Shown here: piece after piece, positions 8,696-18,557 of the stretch
How positions within the stretch are numbered: position 1 is the stretch's first letter
How the letters are laid out: every line of letters begins with the position of its first letter
DNA from: Candidatus Moranbacteria bacterium RIFCSPHIGHO2_01_FULL_55_24
Lineage (GTDB): Bacteria > Patescibacteriota > Minisyncoccia > Moranbacterales > UBA1568
Assembly: GCA_001786575.1 (NCBI GenBank)
Contig: MFRW01000004.1
Span: 62,655-126,654 of the forward strand
Length of the DNA: 64,000 nt
Reading direction: 5' to 3'
Position numbers and translations under genes: made by a program
The notes under the pieces: generated by a model
Seen by the model: only the letters and a program-made list of their open reading frames with translations
Database searches by the model: none
What the model was told of the DNA's origin: nothing

Positions 8696-9658
8696 ATGGA
8701 CGCCATTACTACGACTCCGCCTTCCTCGGTTTCCAAGGAAGGCTTCGAATACTCTGCTTTGCTTGCCAAAGCTCAAACGGCTATGGCATCCGGCAGAGAA
8801 ATTCGGGTGGCGCCGGATACGCTCCGGCCACTGCCCGATCAGCCAAGGAAGTTTTTCAATCAAGAGGGACTTCTGCGGCTGGGGAATTCTATGAAGACCA
8901 TCGGCCAGCTCCAGCCAGGAATTATCCGCCGGGTTCCTCCGGACGGGAAGGTGGAGTATGAGCTCCTCGATGGTGAACGTCGCTGGCGCGCAGCCAAGAT
9001 GGCGGGGCTTGCTTATCGGGCAACCCTGGTCGACCTGGATGATGAGGCCGTGCCGTTTATCATTGCGGCCGTTGCCAACTTCAACCGTGAAGGGCACACG
9101 CCAACCGAGGTTTCCGATTCCATTGCTCACATGGCCAATCTCACGATTCCGATGGAGGAAATCGCCAGTCTGCTGGGAATTTCTCCTTTCTGGGCGTACC
9201 AGATACATGGTTTGCAGAAACTCCACCCTGATGTTCGGGATATGCTCGACCCGACACTTCCGAAGGATAAGATGCTGCCAGTCACGGCAGCTATCCAGAT
9301 TTCCAAGGTCGACATCAGGCTCCAGCGGGATCTGGCGGAGAAAGTGCTCTCGCGCACTATCTCTGTTCGGAACCTAAGACAGGAAGCGGTCTCCGCTTCC
9401 AAGAAGGCTGGTCTCTACATTCGCGAGCGCGAGATGACCCGCGAGCCAAGAAAGCAGTGGGAATTGATCAAGAGCTCAATGCAGCAGCTTCTGCGCACTT
9501 CCCAAGACCTTCAAGGGCTTCTGAAGGAAGGCGGGATAGAGAATGCGCTGAAGGGGCGTTCTCAAGTTGAGATCTGGACAATTCTCAACGGGCTTGAAGA
9601 AGCAAGGATAATTACTCTCCAATGCGAGGGGAAAATCCGGAAAATCTGTCCCGACTGA
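8696..9658 (+). CDS. ParB/RepB/Spo0J-family protein (orphan)
   Basis: DQPRKFF...LGNSMKTIGQLQP, ELLDGERRWRAA box, NFNREGH, downstream HTH; GGAGG RBS. Confidence 0.9.
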   Translation: MDAITTTPPSSVSKEGFEYSALLAKAQTAMASGREIRVAPDTLRPLPDQPRKFFNQEGLLRLGNSMKTIGQLQPGIIRRVPPDGKVEYELLDGERRWRAAKMAGLAYRATLVDLDDEAVPFIIAAVANFNREGHTPTEVSDSIAHMANLTIPMEEIASLLGISPFWAYQIHGLQKLHPDVRDMLDPTLPKDKMLPVTAAIQISKVDIRLQRDLAEKVLSRTISVRNLRQEAVSASKKAGLYIREREMTREPRKQWELIKSSMQQLLRTSQDLQGLLKEGGIENALKGRSQVEIWTILNGLEEARIITLQCEGKIRKICPD

Positions 9659-9662
9659 TTTG

Positions 9663-9703
9663 GCGGCCAATAGTAGTTTCATACTGTTGGCCGCTTTTCT
9701 TTT
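9663..9703 (+). terminator. Intrinsic terminator
   Basis: GCGGCCAATAGTA-loop-TACTGTTGGCCGC followed by TTTTCTTTT. Confidence 0.7.
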
Positions 9704-9769
9704 ACCTAAATTCGATTCGGACTTCGTCCAATAAGTGAAGTAAGTAACGATATCAGAGAGTAAAACTCT

Positions 9770-10534
9770 TTATTTTGAAACCACGATCATGATGGACTTC
9801 CCCTCATCAATCGTATTGGTTTCGTGATTCCAGTCAGCTCCTGCATTCTTGATTGTCTCAAAGGAATACAGATAGTTTTCACCGCGCTTCGTACCAGGTT
9901 CATTGGTGATAAATTGTGTCGGGGTGTAACCTCGAATGACGAACATATGATAGATCGGTCCCGGCTGGCGGAAGTAAGGGTTGCCGAGCTTGCGGCCATT
10001 TACCGGAACGATGACGATCTTGCTTTCCAGGAGCGCGTCTTTGATATCTTTTTCCGTGAAATCCTCGACGACTTCGGCCTTGAGGTGATACACCGAACGG
10101 ATCATTTCCGCCGTTTCTTCGGTAGTGGTGTTGAGGGAGTAGCCGAAGCGCTTTTCTTCCCAAGCGGTCAAATCGGCCAATTGCTCCTCTACTTCGGCCG
10201 CGGGTAAAACTTTCCTGGTATCACCGGCAAAGTAGGCGGCGGCCATGAGAGCGCTCGCTTCCTCGCAGGCTTCGTTGTGCATCTCGTCCCAGTTGGCGGT
10301 AGGAGCCTGGGGAGTGAAAGGCACTTGGAGCAGAAACTTATCCGGAATTTCTTCGGGAGGTTTGACCGAAGAAGCATCTGATGAAGAAGGGAAAGGCTGC
10401 GGCTCTGGAAGAGATGGAGAAGGGGCAAGAGATTCTGGGGAGAATACTTCTTTCCCATATTCAAAGAAAACTAGCCAGCTTATTACAAGAGCAGTAAGGA
10501 GAAAGAGAATGACACCCCATCTTTTGAGAATCAT
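9770..10534 (-). CDS. Membrane-anchored C39-like cysteine peptidase
   Basis: N-terminal TM, VPFTPQAP, EACEEAS (Cys), YHMFVIRGY (His), ITNEPGT. Confidence 0.85.
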   Translation of the reverse strand: MILKRWGVILFLLTALVISWLVFFEYGKEVFSPESLAPSPSLPEPQPFPSSSDASSVKPPEEIPDKFLLQVPFTPQAPTANWDEMHNEACEEASALMAAAYFAGDTRKVLPAAEVEEQLADLTAWEEKRFGYSLNTTTEETAEMIRSVYHLKAEVVEDFTEKDIKDALLESKIVIVPVNGRKLGNPYFRQPGPIYHMFVIRGYTPTQFITNEPGTKRGENYLYSFETIKNAGADWNHETNTIDEGKSIMIVVSK

Positions 10535-10631
10535 ACTTTTGAAAAGAAAAATTCAATTCGAGTACCGGAGAAAGGAGTGATAATAGTGTAGCACAATAGG
10601 AGAACGCGAGTCCGTCGAGATGAAAAAACAT

Positions 10632-11954
10632 TTAAATGGCATTCTCTATTCTTCTCAAGCGTCGCGGCAGCAAGAGGAGCAGCAAAACAAGTTCGGCGAG
10701 GCTTGCCAGGAAAAAAGAAAAAGGCAGGGCTACGATACCGAAGCGCGGGGCTAGATAGGCGGCTGCCGAAATCGCGATAATGAGGCCGATGATGCTCAAA
10801 ACAACGGGAATAAGGGTGTTTTTGGTGGCGTAGAAGGCTCTCGCGAGAAGATGTACCAAGGATTCTGTCGGCATGGCCAGGGTGAACACTCCCAAAACGA
10901 GAGCGGTCCGCGCGACGCTTTCCTGGTCGAACGCTCCGCCGCCGAAGACGATCCGGATAAGCGGTTCGCGGATGAGAAAAATAACGATAGCCGCGAAAAT
11001 GCTTCCGCCCAGGATGAGCCAGAAAGATATTTTCAGCGTTTTGCGGAATGGTTCGAGGGTCCGGTCGGCCATCGCTCGGGCCAAGACAGGAAATGTGGTA
11101 GTGGCAATAGTAATGCCGATAAGGCTCACGGGGACGCTCTCGAAGTTCCTTGCGAAATTGAGAATGGCCACGGAGCCCGGTTCGAGACGAGAGGCGATGA
11201 CGGTGAAGGCCCAAAAGGTCGCGAGTTCTACCGGATGGCCGAACATTTTCGGCAGCATGAGAGAAAGCGTCTTCTTGAATTCCGGCCGGAACGGATGAAA
11301 GCTCCACTTCAGTCTGAATCCGGAACGCAGCACGTCGAATATCCGTACTAAAAGGTGAAGAGAGGCTCCGAGAAGCGTGCCCCAGACTGCGCCCATAATA
11401 CCGAAACGAGAAGAGAGAAACAGGGTGCCGAAAATAATACCGAGGTTATAGAGCACCGGAGACAATCCGTAGTAGAGAAATCGGCGCTCCACAATAAGGA
11501 GAGCCCCCAAGGCATTCGAAGCGCTGAAGAGAAGGGGAGAGAGGGCGAGGTAGCGGAGAAGATCGGCTACCAAGAGCTGGTCTTCCGGTGCGAACCCCGG
11601 GGCTACAAGTACGCTTATCTTTCCGGCGAAGAGTATGATCACCAGAGCAGAAACGGCCATTGTTCCCATCGCTCCGGTTATTACCGTGCCAAGATATTCC
11701 GCCGCTCTTTTCCGATCGGATTTCAGGAGTTCGGAAATAATCGGAACAAAAGCAGCCGCAATACCGCTGGCGATAAAGATATTGAAGAGAAGATCGGGGA
11801 ACAAAAAGGCGGCATTGTAGGCGTCGAGCTCGCGAGAAGCGCCGAAGCTTTGGGCAAACATCCGATCACGCAACAAGCCCGCTATATATGAGGCCAAGGT
11901 GGTGATTGCCAGAATAATGCTTCCAGCAGGAAGAAACCGGAGGAATTTTTTCAT
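10632..11954 (-). CDS. murJ: Lipid II flippase
   Basis: GLLRDRMFAQSFGAS..LDAYNAAF..PD, AAFVP, ARAFYATKNT; multi-TM. TATAAT lies 6 nt before the ATG. Confidence 0.92.
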   Translation of the reverse strand: MKKFLRFLPAGSIILAITTLASYIAGLLRDRMFAQSFGASRELDAYNAAFLFPDLLFNIFIASGIAAAFVPIISELLKSDRKRAAEYLGTVITGAMGTMAVSALVIILFAGKISVLVAPGFAPEDQLLVADLLRYLALSPLLFSASNALGALLIVERRFLYYGLSPVLYNLGIIFGTLFLSSRFGIMGAVWGTLLGASLHLLVRIFDVLRSGFRLKWSFHPFRPEFKKTLSLMLPKMFGHPVELATFWAFTVIASRLEPGSVAILNFARNFESVPVSLIGITIATTTFPVLARAMADRTLEPFRKTLKISFWLILGGSIFAAIVIFLIREPLIRIVFGGGAFDQESVARTALVLGVFTLAMPTESLVHLLARAFYATKNTLIPVVLSIIGLIIAISAAAYLAPRFGIVALPFSFFLASLAELVLLLLLLPRRLRRIENAI

Positions 11955-12005
11955 GTATGTATTATACGCTGATTTTCGTGCGAGAAGAGAACGTAGCGGC
12001 AATCA

Positions 12006-13148
12006 TCATTGGCAACGAAGTCCGGTGGCTTCCTCGATCCTCGCCCAGGATACGACGGCAGTGCTTTTGTCGTTATTTACGGCCGCGAAGAGTCCCTGCG
12101 GGGAGTTCGGAAGGGGACGGCTGGTAGCATCGATGCCATCGGTGAATGAAACACCGTTCAGAATGAGCGTTCCTAGGTGCTGCCAGCTCTGGCGGTCGAA
12201 AAATTCAAAGCCGTTTTTGCCAGCGGGAGCCTGATCCGCAGCAATGATGAAGCCTTTGCCGTTATCCTTGCCATCGGCATCATGGCAGGCATAGAGCGTG
12301 ATGCCCTCGCCATCGCCGGCGAATACGCCCTTTCCGAACACGTTCGAACCATTTCTGAAGTAGGGTCGCCCGTCGGGGTGATAGGCGGTGACGGCTCCTC
12401 TCGGATACCTTTCGGATCCCGCTCCCTTTTCTTCCGGGACGTAAACGATTTGGTGATAGCTGTCGGCCAACACCTCCTCGATACTCTCGACATTCGGAGA
12501 AAACGAGTAGACCTGTTTCCCGCTATCGAGATTGAAAACCCGGACTTGATGAGACTCTGTGGCGTACAGATATTTTTCACCGCTCCGAAGGGTCAAAGTA
12601 TCTACATTGGTTTCCCCGGGGCGGAGCACGTCTTTCCCGAGATTGAAAAGGATATCGAGGTTCGGTAGCGCTCGGACCTCCACGAGTTTTTCTTGAGAAT
12701 CTCCGATGAGGAGAAAGTTTCTCTCCTGGTCGATTCCCAAGCCATTGGGGCGGGAGCTTCGTTTGAGAACCGGCAGCTCTTTTCCTTCGAAGGGGTACTG
12801 CCACACTTCCACTGTGTCATTGCCCTTACCGGAGACGAGAAGGAGCGTATTTTCCGGTTGGTCTGCTTCGAAAAACTCCGGTGAATCGATATTGGTGCCC
12901 GCGCCGTCAAGAAAGAAATCAGGCGAGAGCGTGGCGCTGCCGAAAGGAGCGAATGAAGAGACGGGAGTTTCCTCGCTTACGTCTTTGGAGAGTATCAGTA
13001 CAGGCTCTTCTTTCCGGGGTATCGGTTCTGCCACAGGCGTTGAGAAGAGCGGCCGGGCTGCATAGTACCACCAAAGCGCGGTACCGCCTCCTGCCAGACC
13101 GAGAACTATCGCGTAGAAGAAAATTTTCAGAACCGAAGATTTCGGCAT
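12006..13148 (-). CDS. Beta-propeller phytase-like protein, membrane anchored
   Basis: N-terminal TM; GDGEGITLY, IIAADQ, TDGIDAT...PQGLFAA resemble Bacillus-type phytase. Confidence 0.7.
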   Translation of the reverse strand: MPKSSVLKIFFYAIVLGLAGGGTALWWYYAARPLFSTPVAEPIPRKEEPVLILSKDVSEETPVSSFAPFGSATLSPDFFLDGAGTNIDSPEFFEADQPENTLLLVSGKGNDTVEVWQYPFEGKELPVLKRSSRPNGLGIDQERNFLLIGDSQEKLVEVRALPNLDILFNLGKDVLRPGETNVDTLTLRSGEKYLYATESHQVRVFNLDSGKQVYSFSPNVESIEEVLADSYHQIVYVPEEKGAGSERYPRGAVTAYHPDGRPYFRNGSNVFGKGVFAGDGEGITLYACHDADGKDNGKGFIIAADQAPAGKNGFEFFDRQSWQHLGTLILNGVSFTDGIDATSRPLPNSPQGLFAAVNNDKSTAVVSWARIEEATGLRCQ

Positions 13149-13307
13149 AGGAGCCTGTTTGCTATCATCATACGCCTTTCGGCGGCAATATTCCACGGGT
13201 GCGGGTGCGCTGCCGCCCGTTTGCTCTTCAGTATATGATTTTCGGGAGGCATTGACTTTTATTTTATTCAAGCCGATGATGAGGGTATAAATTGTCGCAG
13301 CCAGCAT

Positions 13308-14084
13308 ATGGAGCGGGAAATACGCATAACAACAGAGGATGCGGTGCTCCCCGGAATACTCGTAGTACCGGAAGGTGCTTCTGGCATCGTGCTGTTCGCA
13401 CACGGAAGCGGTAGCAGCCGCTTCTCGCCGCGCAATACCTTTGTTGCGCGCACCCTTCAGAATAGCGGTATTGCAACACTTCTTATAGACCTGCTTACCG
13501 AGGATGAGGATGCGGAATATGAGAATCGTTTCAATATCGATCTTCTTGCAGAGCGTCTCGGAGGCGTTCTTCGCTGGATTGTCAGCGAGCCGGAAACGAA
13601 AGGCCTTGCCATAGGGCTCTTCGGGGCTTCGACAGGCGCTGCCGCTGCGCTTATCGTTGCGGCGGAGCCGGACAACCCGGTAGCAGCCGTCGTCTCGCGC
13701 GGCGGCCGGCCCGACCTGGCCTTGGGCAGGCTCGGCGAAGTTGGCGCCCCGACGCTTCTTATCGTCGGCGGCGAGGATCATGAAGTCATCCTGCTTAACG
13801 AGCAGGCGCTTGCCTCGCTTCATTGTGAAAAAAGGATGGAAATCGTCCCTGGCGCGACGCACCTCTTCGAAGAGCCCGGCACGCTCGAACGTGTTGCCGA
13901 TCTTGCGACGCGGTGGTTTGTGCGCTTTCTCGCTCTTCCTGCCGAAGGATCGGGCGAGCCGGAAGAAACAGAAGAAGCGGCTATCCCGACGAAATTTCTC
14001 AACAGCGCCGAAAAACCGACTCGGTCGCCCGACAAGACTCGCGGGGCGGCGAAGGAAGGGTACCGACCCCTGCACAGGAAATAG
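13308..14084 (+). CDS. Dienelactone-hydrolase-family alpha/beta hydrolase
   Basis: FAHGSGSSRFSPRN, FGASTGAAAA, VVSRGGRPDLA, PGATHLFEEPG. Confidence 0.9.
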   Translation: MEREIRITTEDAVLPGILVVPEGASGIVLFAHGSGSSRFSPRNTFVARTLQNSGIATLLIDLLTEDEDAEYENRFNIDLLAERLGGVLRWIVSEPETKGLAIGLFGASTGAAAALIVAAEPDNPVAAVVSRGGRPDLALGRLGEVGAPTLLIVGGEDHEVILLNEQALASLHCEKRMEIVPGATHLFEEPGTLERVADLATRWFVRFLALPAEGSGEPEETEEAAIPTKFLNSAEKPTRSPDKTRGAAKEGYRPLHRK

Positions 14085-14085
14085 T

Positions 14086-15057
14086 ATGAAATTGCTCTTT
14101 GTCGGCGACGTCATGCTCGGAAGGCTTGTGAACGAAAGACTTCGTGACGCATCTCCCGAGTATCCGTGGGGCGACACGCTGCCGATTTTTGCTGCGGCAG
14201 ATGCGCGGATATGCAATCTCGAGTGCGTCATTGCCGATAGGGGGATACCGGCGCAGAAAACTTTTACCTTCCGTTCGGATTCCAAGAACATCGCCGTCCT
14301 TAAGGCAGCCGGCATCGATGCGGTATCGCTTGCGAACAACCACTCGCTCGACTATGGCCCCGATGCGCTTCAGGAAATGATCGGAATTCTGGATGAGGCA
14401 GGTATCGCGCATGCCGGCGCGGGAGAGAATGATGCCGCGGCCGGAGCCGCTGGGAAGATTTCGGTTCTCGGCACGGAAATTACGCTCCTGTCGTTCACCG
14501 ATTGCCGCGATCCCGACTGGGAAGCGCTTCCTGGGCGGCCGGGAGTGCGCTATGTCCCCGTTGGCGAGCCTGATCCGCGTGCCGAAGCGCTTTTGGAGCA
14601 TGTTAGGACGGTTCGGGGAAGTGCGGAACTTGTTATCATCTCGGCGCACTGGGGCAGCAATTGGGGACGTGAGCCCGAAGACGGACACCAAAACTTCGCC
14701 CACGCGCTCATTGAAGCGGGAGCCGATATCGTGTTCGGTCATTCGGCTCATATATTCCGCGGGGTCGAACTGTACAAGGGGAAACCGATCATCTACAGTG
14801 CAGGCGACTTTATCGATGACTACGCGGTAGACGAGATGGAACGCAATGACGAATCATTCGTGTTCACCGTCGAGTTCGAAGGTGCGCGTTTCGTGCGTAT
14901 GCGGATGCACCCGACTATCATCGAGGGTTTCCAGGCGCGCCTCCCTGATCCGGATGGCGCTAGACGCATAGCTCGGCGTATGAAGGAGCTTTGCCGCAAA
15001 CTCGGTACGCGGGCGGAGTGGAGCGAGACAGAGAACGCGCTCGACATACGCCTATGA
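14086..15057 (+). CDS. CapA-family metallophosphoesterase
   Basis: VGDVMLGR, NLEC, LANNHSLDYG, HWG, GHSAH, YSAGDF. Confidence 0.92.
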   Translation: MKLLFVGDVMLGRLVNERLRDASPEYPWGDTLPIFAAADARICNLECVIADRGIPAQKTFTFRSDSKNIAVLKAAGIDAVSLANNHSLDYGPDALQEMIGILDEAGIAHAGAGENDAAAGAAGKISVLGTEITLLSFTDCRDPDWEALPGRPGVRYVPVGEPDPRAEALLEHVRTVRGSAELVIISAHWGSNWGREPEDGHQNFAHALIEAGADIVFGHSAHIFRGVELYKGKPIIYSAGDFIDDYAVDEMERNDESFVFTVEFEGARFVRMRMHPTIIEGFQARLPDPDGARRIARRMKELCRKLGTRAEWSETENALDIRL

Positions 15058-15359
15058 AAGGAAAACGTGCCGCGAAAAAAGAGCAGCCCAGGCGTTGGTC
15101 GGCACGCGTGACACGCGAGAGCAACGTACTGGATCTCGAGCCCGGCGTATTCACGTGGAGCGATCCGAAACGCATCGCGCGCTCGCTCAAGCGTTCAGCA
15201 GAAAAGAGCGTGCGCCGCAAAGGGACGCCGTACCAGTCCGCGATGTCTATGCTCAACTTCTATATAAACCGCGCCGGGAAAAACCTCTCGACAGAGCGCA
15301 AACGCTTGTTGGCGAGAACGAAGCGAGAGCTCCGTACATTGTTCGGCAGGAGCGGATAG
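15054..15359 (+). CDS. DUF3175-family basic protein
   Basis: WSARVT..SN.LDLEPGVF...IARSLKRSAE...SAMSMLNFYINRAGKNL; ATGA overlap with the CapA gene. Confidence 0.8.
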   Translation: MKGKRAAKKEQPRRWSARVTRESNVLDLEPGVFTWSDPKRIARSLKRSAEKSVRRKGTPYQSAMSMLNFYINRAGKNLSTERKRLLARTKRELRTLFGRSG

Positions 15360-15468
15360 CAATCTCTCTCCGAGAGGTTCATGCTCTTGCCTGATCGGTT
15401 TATCTGTGTCATCCTACAAGACGCCTAGCGGCGATTTTTTTATAGAAAATAGCGCTCTTTCCCTGCCT

Positions 15469-16920
15469 ATGGCCAACAATCAGACTATTTTGAAATTCGA
15501 TCGCGTCTCTTTCGAGTACGATCACGGGAAGCCCCTCCTCGACGAGGTGAGCTTTTCGCTGCGTCGCGGTGCCAAAGTAACGCTCATGGGACAGAATGGA
15601 GCCGGAAAGAGTTCGCTCTTCCGCCTTCTTGTCGGGGAAATCCAGCCGCACAGCGGGCGGATCTCGATCGATCGGGGAGTGTCGGTGGCTCTCTCCCGGC
15701 AGGTGATGGATCGGGAGCAGCTGGACTGGACGGTCGAAGAATTCTTCGAGCAGTTTTTTTCCGAAAAACAATGGAATCTTCCCGCACTTATCCAGGATGT
15801 CCTGGAAGTGGTCAACCTTCCCGTGCCGCCGCTCACCAAAAAGATGCGGGAATTCTCCGGGGGACAGCAGGCGCGGCTCCTGCTCGCCTCCGCTCTTATC
15901 CAGAATCCGGACATGCTCCTCCTGGATGAGCCGACCAACAACCTGGATGCGGACGGCATCGCCCATCTCACGCAGTTCCTGATCGAGTATCCGAAAACCT
16001 GTATCGTCATTTCTCACGACGCGGCGTTCCTGAACGCGTTTACCGAAGGCGTCTTGTATCTCGACGTGTTCACTCACCAGATCGAGCAATACACGGGCGA
16101 CTACTACCAGGTGGTGGAGGAAATCTCGCGCCGCATCGCCAAGGAGCAGAGTGAAAACGTGCGTCTCGAGCGCACCATCCGGGAGAAGCGCGACCAGGCC
16201 AACGTCTTCGCCAACAAGGGAGGGAAGCTCCGCGGAGTCGCCAAACGGATGCGCGATCTGGCGGATGAACTGGAAGAGAACAAAGTCGATGTCCGCCAGG
16301 AAGACCGCGTCCTCCCGAGTTTCCAGATCGCCTGCCATCCTCCGGCGGGCCCGATCGTGGAGATCCGCTCTGTCTTGGCTATGCTCCCGGACGGCCCGAA
16401 GGTCAAGCCGGTCAATCTAACGCTCAAGAAGAATAAGCACCTTCTGGTAACGGGGCCGAACGGCATAGGAAAGAGCACTTTCCTGGAAGCCCTCGCCGAG
16501 GGAGACACGGAGCGCGCTACGATCGCTCCGGACGCCATAGTCGGCTACTATCGGCAGGATTTTTCTACGCTGGATTTCAAGCAGAAGGTGGCGGACGTTC
16601 TCCTGGCCGCTACTTCCGACAAGAGCATGGAAACGGTCTATGCCACAGCGGCACGTTTTCTCATCACCGCTCCGCTCATGAAGAACACCGTAGAGAGTTT
16701 GTCGGAGGGGCAGAAGGGACTCCTCATGTTCGCGCGGCTGTTTCTGGAAAAGCCGAGCCTGCTCATCATGGATGAGCCGACCAACCATATCAACTTCCGT
16801 CACGTTCCCGTGATCGCGGCGGCGCTTAATCAGTACGAGGGAGCGCTCATCCTTGTGAGCCATGCGGAAGACTTCGTTCAGCAGATCCGCATCGACGAAG
16901 TATTGGATCTCGGCGCGTAA
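15469..16920 (+). CDS. ABC-F family ATPase
   Basis: Two NBDs (GQNGAGKS/FSGGQ/LDEPTNNLD; GPNGIGKS/LSEGQ/MDEPTNH), no TM segments. Confidence 0.92.
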   Translation: MANNQTILKFDRVSFEYDHGKPLLDEVSFSLRRGAKVTLMGQNGAGKSSLFRLLVGEIQPHSGRISIDRGVSVALSRQVMDREQLDWTVEEFFEQFFSEKQWNLPALIQDVLEVVNLPVPPLTKKMREFSGGQQARLLLASALIQNPDMLLLDEPTNNLDADGIAHLTQFLIEYPKTCIVISHDAAFLNAFTEGVLYLDVFTHQIEQYTGDYYQVVEEISRRIAKEQSENVRLERTIREKRDQANVFANKGGKLRGVAKRMRDLADELEENKVDVRQEDRVLPSFQIACHPPAGPIVEIRSVLAMLPDGPKVKPVNLTLKKNKHLLVTGPNGIGKSTFLEALAEGDTERATIAPDAIVGYYRQDFSTLDFKQKVADVLLAATSDKSMETVYATAARFLITAPLMKNTVESLSEGQKGLLMFARLFLEKPSLLIMDEPTNHINFRHVPVIAAALNQYEGALILVSHAEDFVQQIRIDEVLDLGA

Positions 16921-16944
16921 ACCGGCCCGTTTGGCGAGTAAAGA

Positions 16945-16977
16945 AAAAACAGCCCCGTGTGAGGGGCTGTTTTTTTG
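16945..16977. terminator. Bidirectional terminator
   Basis: AAAAACAGCCCC-loop-GGGGCTGTTTTT between convergent genes. Confidence 0.8.
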
Positions 16978-16990
16978 AATAAAATGGAGT

Positions 16991-17419
16991 CTACTCGACG
17001 ATGAGTTTGCCCCATTGGCCTTTGGCGCGGTGTCCGGGCATCGAGCAGTAGTAGATGAACTCGCCGGTCTTGTCCGCAACGAACTCGATCGTCACTGCCT
17101 CATTCAAGAGGAGATTCTTCTTGATGCCGAATTCATCCAGGGAGAAATCATGCATCCCTTTCGTGTTGGTCGCTGTGAGACGGACGGTATCGCCCTTCTT
17201 CACGCGCATTTCCTTAAGCGAGAACCAGGCTCCGGCTTCGTCGTTATAGGCGGTGGTGGTGAATTCTTTCACCGGTCCGGCTGGCGCTTCAGTCGTCGGC
17301 TCTTCCATAGCCACTTCCTGACTTCCGGAGTCCATAGCCACGGTCTTGCTGTTGCGGACCAGCGCATACCCGGCCACAGCCACAGCTGCAATGATCGCTA
17401 TCACAAGTATTTTTCCCAT
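16991..17419 (-). CDS. Membrane-anchored cupredoxin-domain protein
   Basis: N-terminal TM; GMHDF...YYCSMPGHRAKGQWG. Confidence 0.85.
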   Translation of the reverse strand: MGKILVIAIIAAVAVAGYALVRNSKTVAMDSGSQEVAMEEPTTEAPAGPVKEFTTTAYNDEAGAWFSLKEMRVKKGDTVRLTATNTKGMHDFSLDEFGIKKNLLLNEAVTIEFVADKTGEFIYYCSMPGHRAKGQWGKLIVE

Positions 17420-17520
17420 AAGGTTGCCCTCTTAATGATTTATGATTTTCCTTATTCGATGTTCGTCTCCAGTATAGGATACCTAGAGCGGTTTTCAAAT
17501 ACGTGTTACCAGAGGATTCC

Positions 17521-18396
17521 TTATAATGCGGCAGGGGTGATGTGGGAGGCCAAGAACGTGTAGGCTCCCTGTACCTCGCTCGATCCGGCAGTGATGCCGG
17601 GGTACCGGTTCACTTCGAGCAGATACGGAAGACCAGTTTGTTTATCGATGATGATATCGGCGCGGGACCAAGACAGTCCCAGATGCCCGCTCGCTTTGAC
17701 AGCCATATCTTTGATCTCTTTCGGGATATCTATCAGGTCGACGAACTGTTCGTCGGCGCCATTGCAGGCATTATTCCGGAATTCCCCGTCAGAGTGGTAG
17801 CTTTTTTCGCCGGCTACGACAACGCCATTCACTACCATGATTCCCCAATCGTATTCGTTGGGAATGTAGCGCTGGAAAAGGAAGCTCTTATTCTTCGGAA
17901 GACCGGCCATCTTTTCTAAAAGATCAGATTCGGAAGCGACGAATTCGGAATGTTTCCCTCTGGCTCCGCGGATATCTTTGATGATGAGGGGGTAGCCGCA
18001 GGTCTTTTTTATGAGTCCCATGCTTTTTTCAACATTGCTGCGACTGACAAAAACGGTATCAGGGATGGGGAGACCGTTCAACGCAAAGACCATACAGTCA
18101 GTGACTTTCGAAGGGCTTTTCTCTACGTACGAATGAGGAGTTCCGGCAGACTCGAGATAGAGGTGGAGAGCATAGGCGATATCCCGATAATTCCAGCCTG
18201 AAGTAAGCCAAACGAATGAGAATTCGCGTATATCGATTCCTCTGTGGAGAGCCTGGACAGCCCCTTTGTGGAAAGCGAGCTCAAGATCCGGGTATTTCCC
18301 TGCCGTGAAATCTATAGGGAAGGGGAACTTCTTTATGGCTTGCGGCGTGCTTTTGAGAGCCGGAAGACTCAAGAGGGTGAATGGTTTTTCGGGCAT
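17521..18396 (-). CDS. RimK-like ATP-grasp ligase
   Basis: LPIPDT, GYPLIIK..GARG, FLFQRYIP, EFRNN, RADII, LEVNRYPG. Start uncertain. Confidence 0.85.
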   Translation of the reverse strand: MPEKPFTLLSLPALKSTPQAIKKFPFPIDFTAGKYPDLELAFHKGAVQALHRGIDIREFSFVWLTSGWNYRDIAYALHLYLESAGTPHSYVEKSPSKVTDCMVFALNGLPIPDTVFVSRSNVEKSMGLIKKTCGYPLIIKDIRGARGKHSEFVASESDLLEKMAGLPKNKSFLFQRYIPNEYDWGIMVVNGVVVAGEKSYHSDGEFRNNACNGADEQFVDLIDIPKEIKDMAVKASGHLGLSWSRADIIIDKQTGLPYLLEVNRYPGITAGSSEVQGAYTFLASHITPAAL

Positions 18397-18557
18397 AGAG
18401 CGAGAAATCAAAGATAAGATGACTTCTCGTTCATGGAACTTTTCAAGACGCTCAATGGCAAGGAAGAAAAGAAGGCTTTAAAGCCTAATAATGAAGAAAT
18501 CAACTAATTATATAACGATTTTCCTGTTTTGTAAAGCCTCGGAGGACTTGAACCTCT

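Noticed and set aside
12006-14339. 777-aa minus-strand ORF as one large protein
   Set aside because: Its first ~397 aa are the antisense shadow of the hydrolase/CapA genes; the real gene starts at 13148 with a TM anchor.
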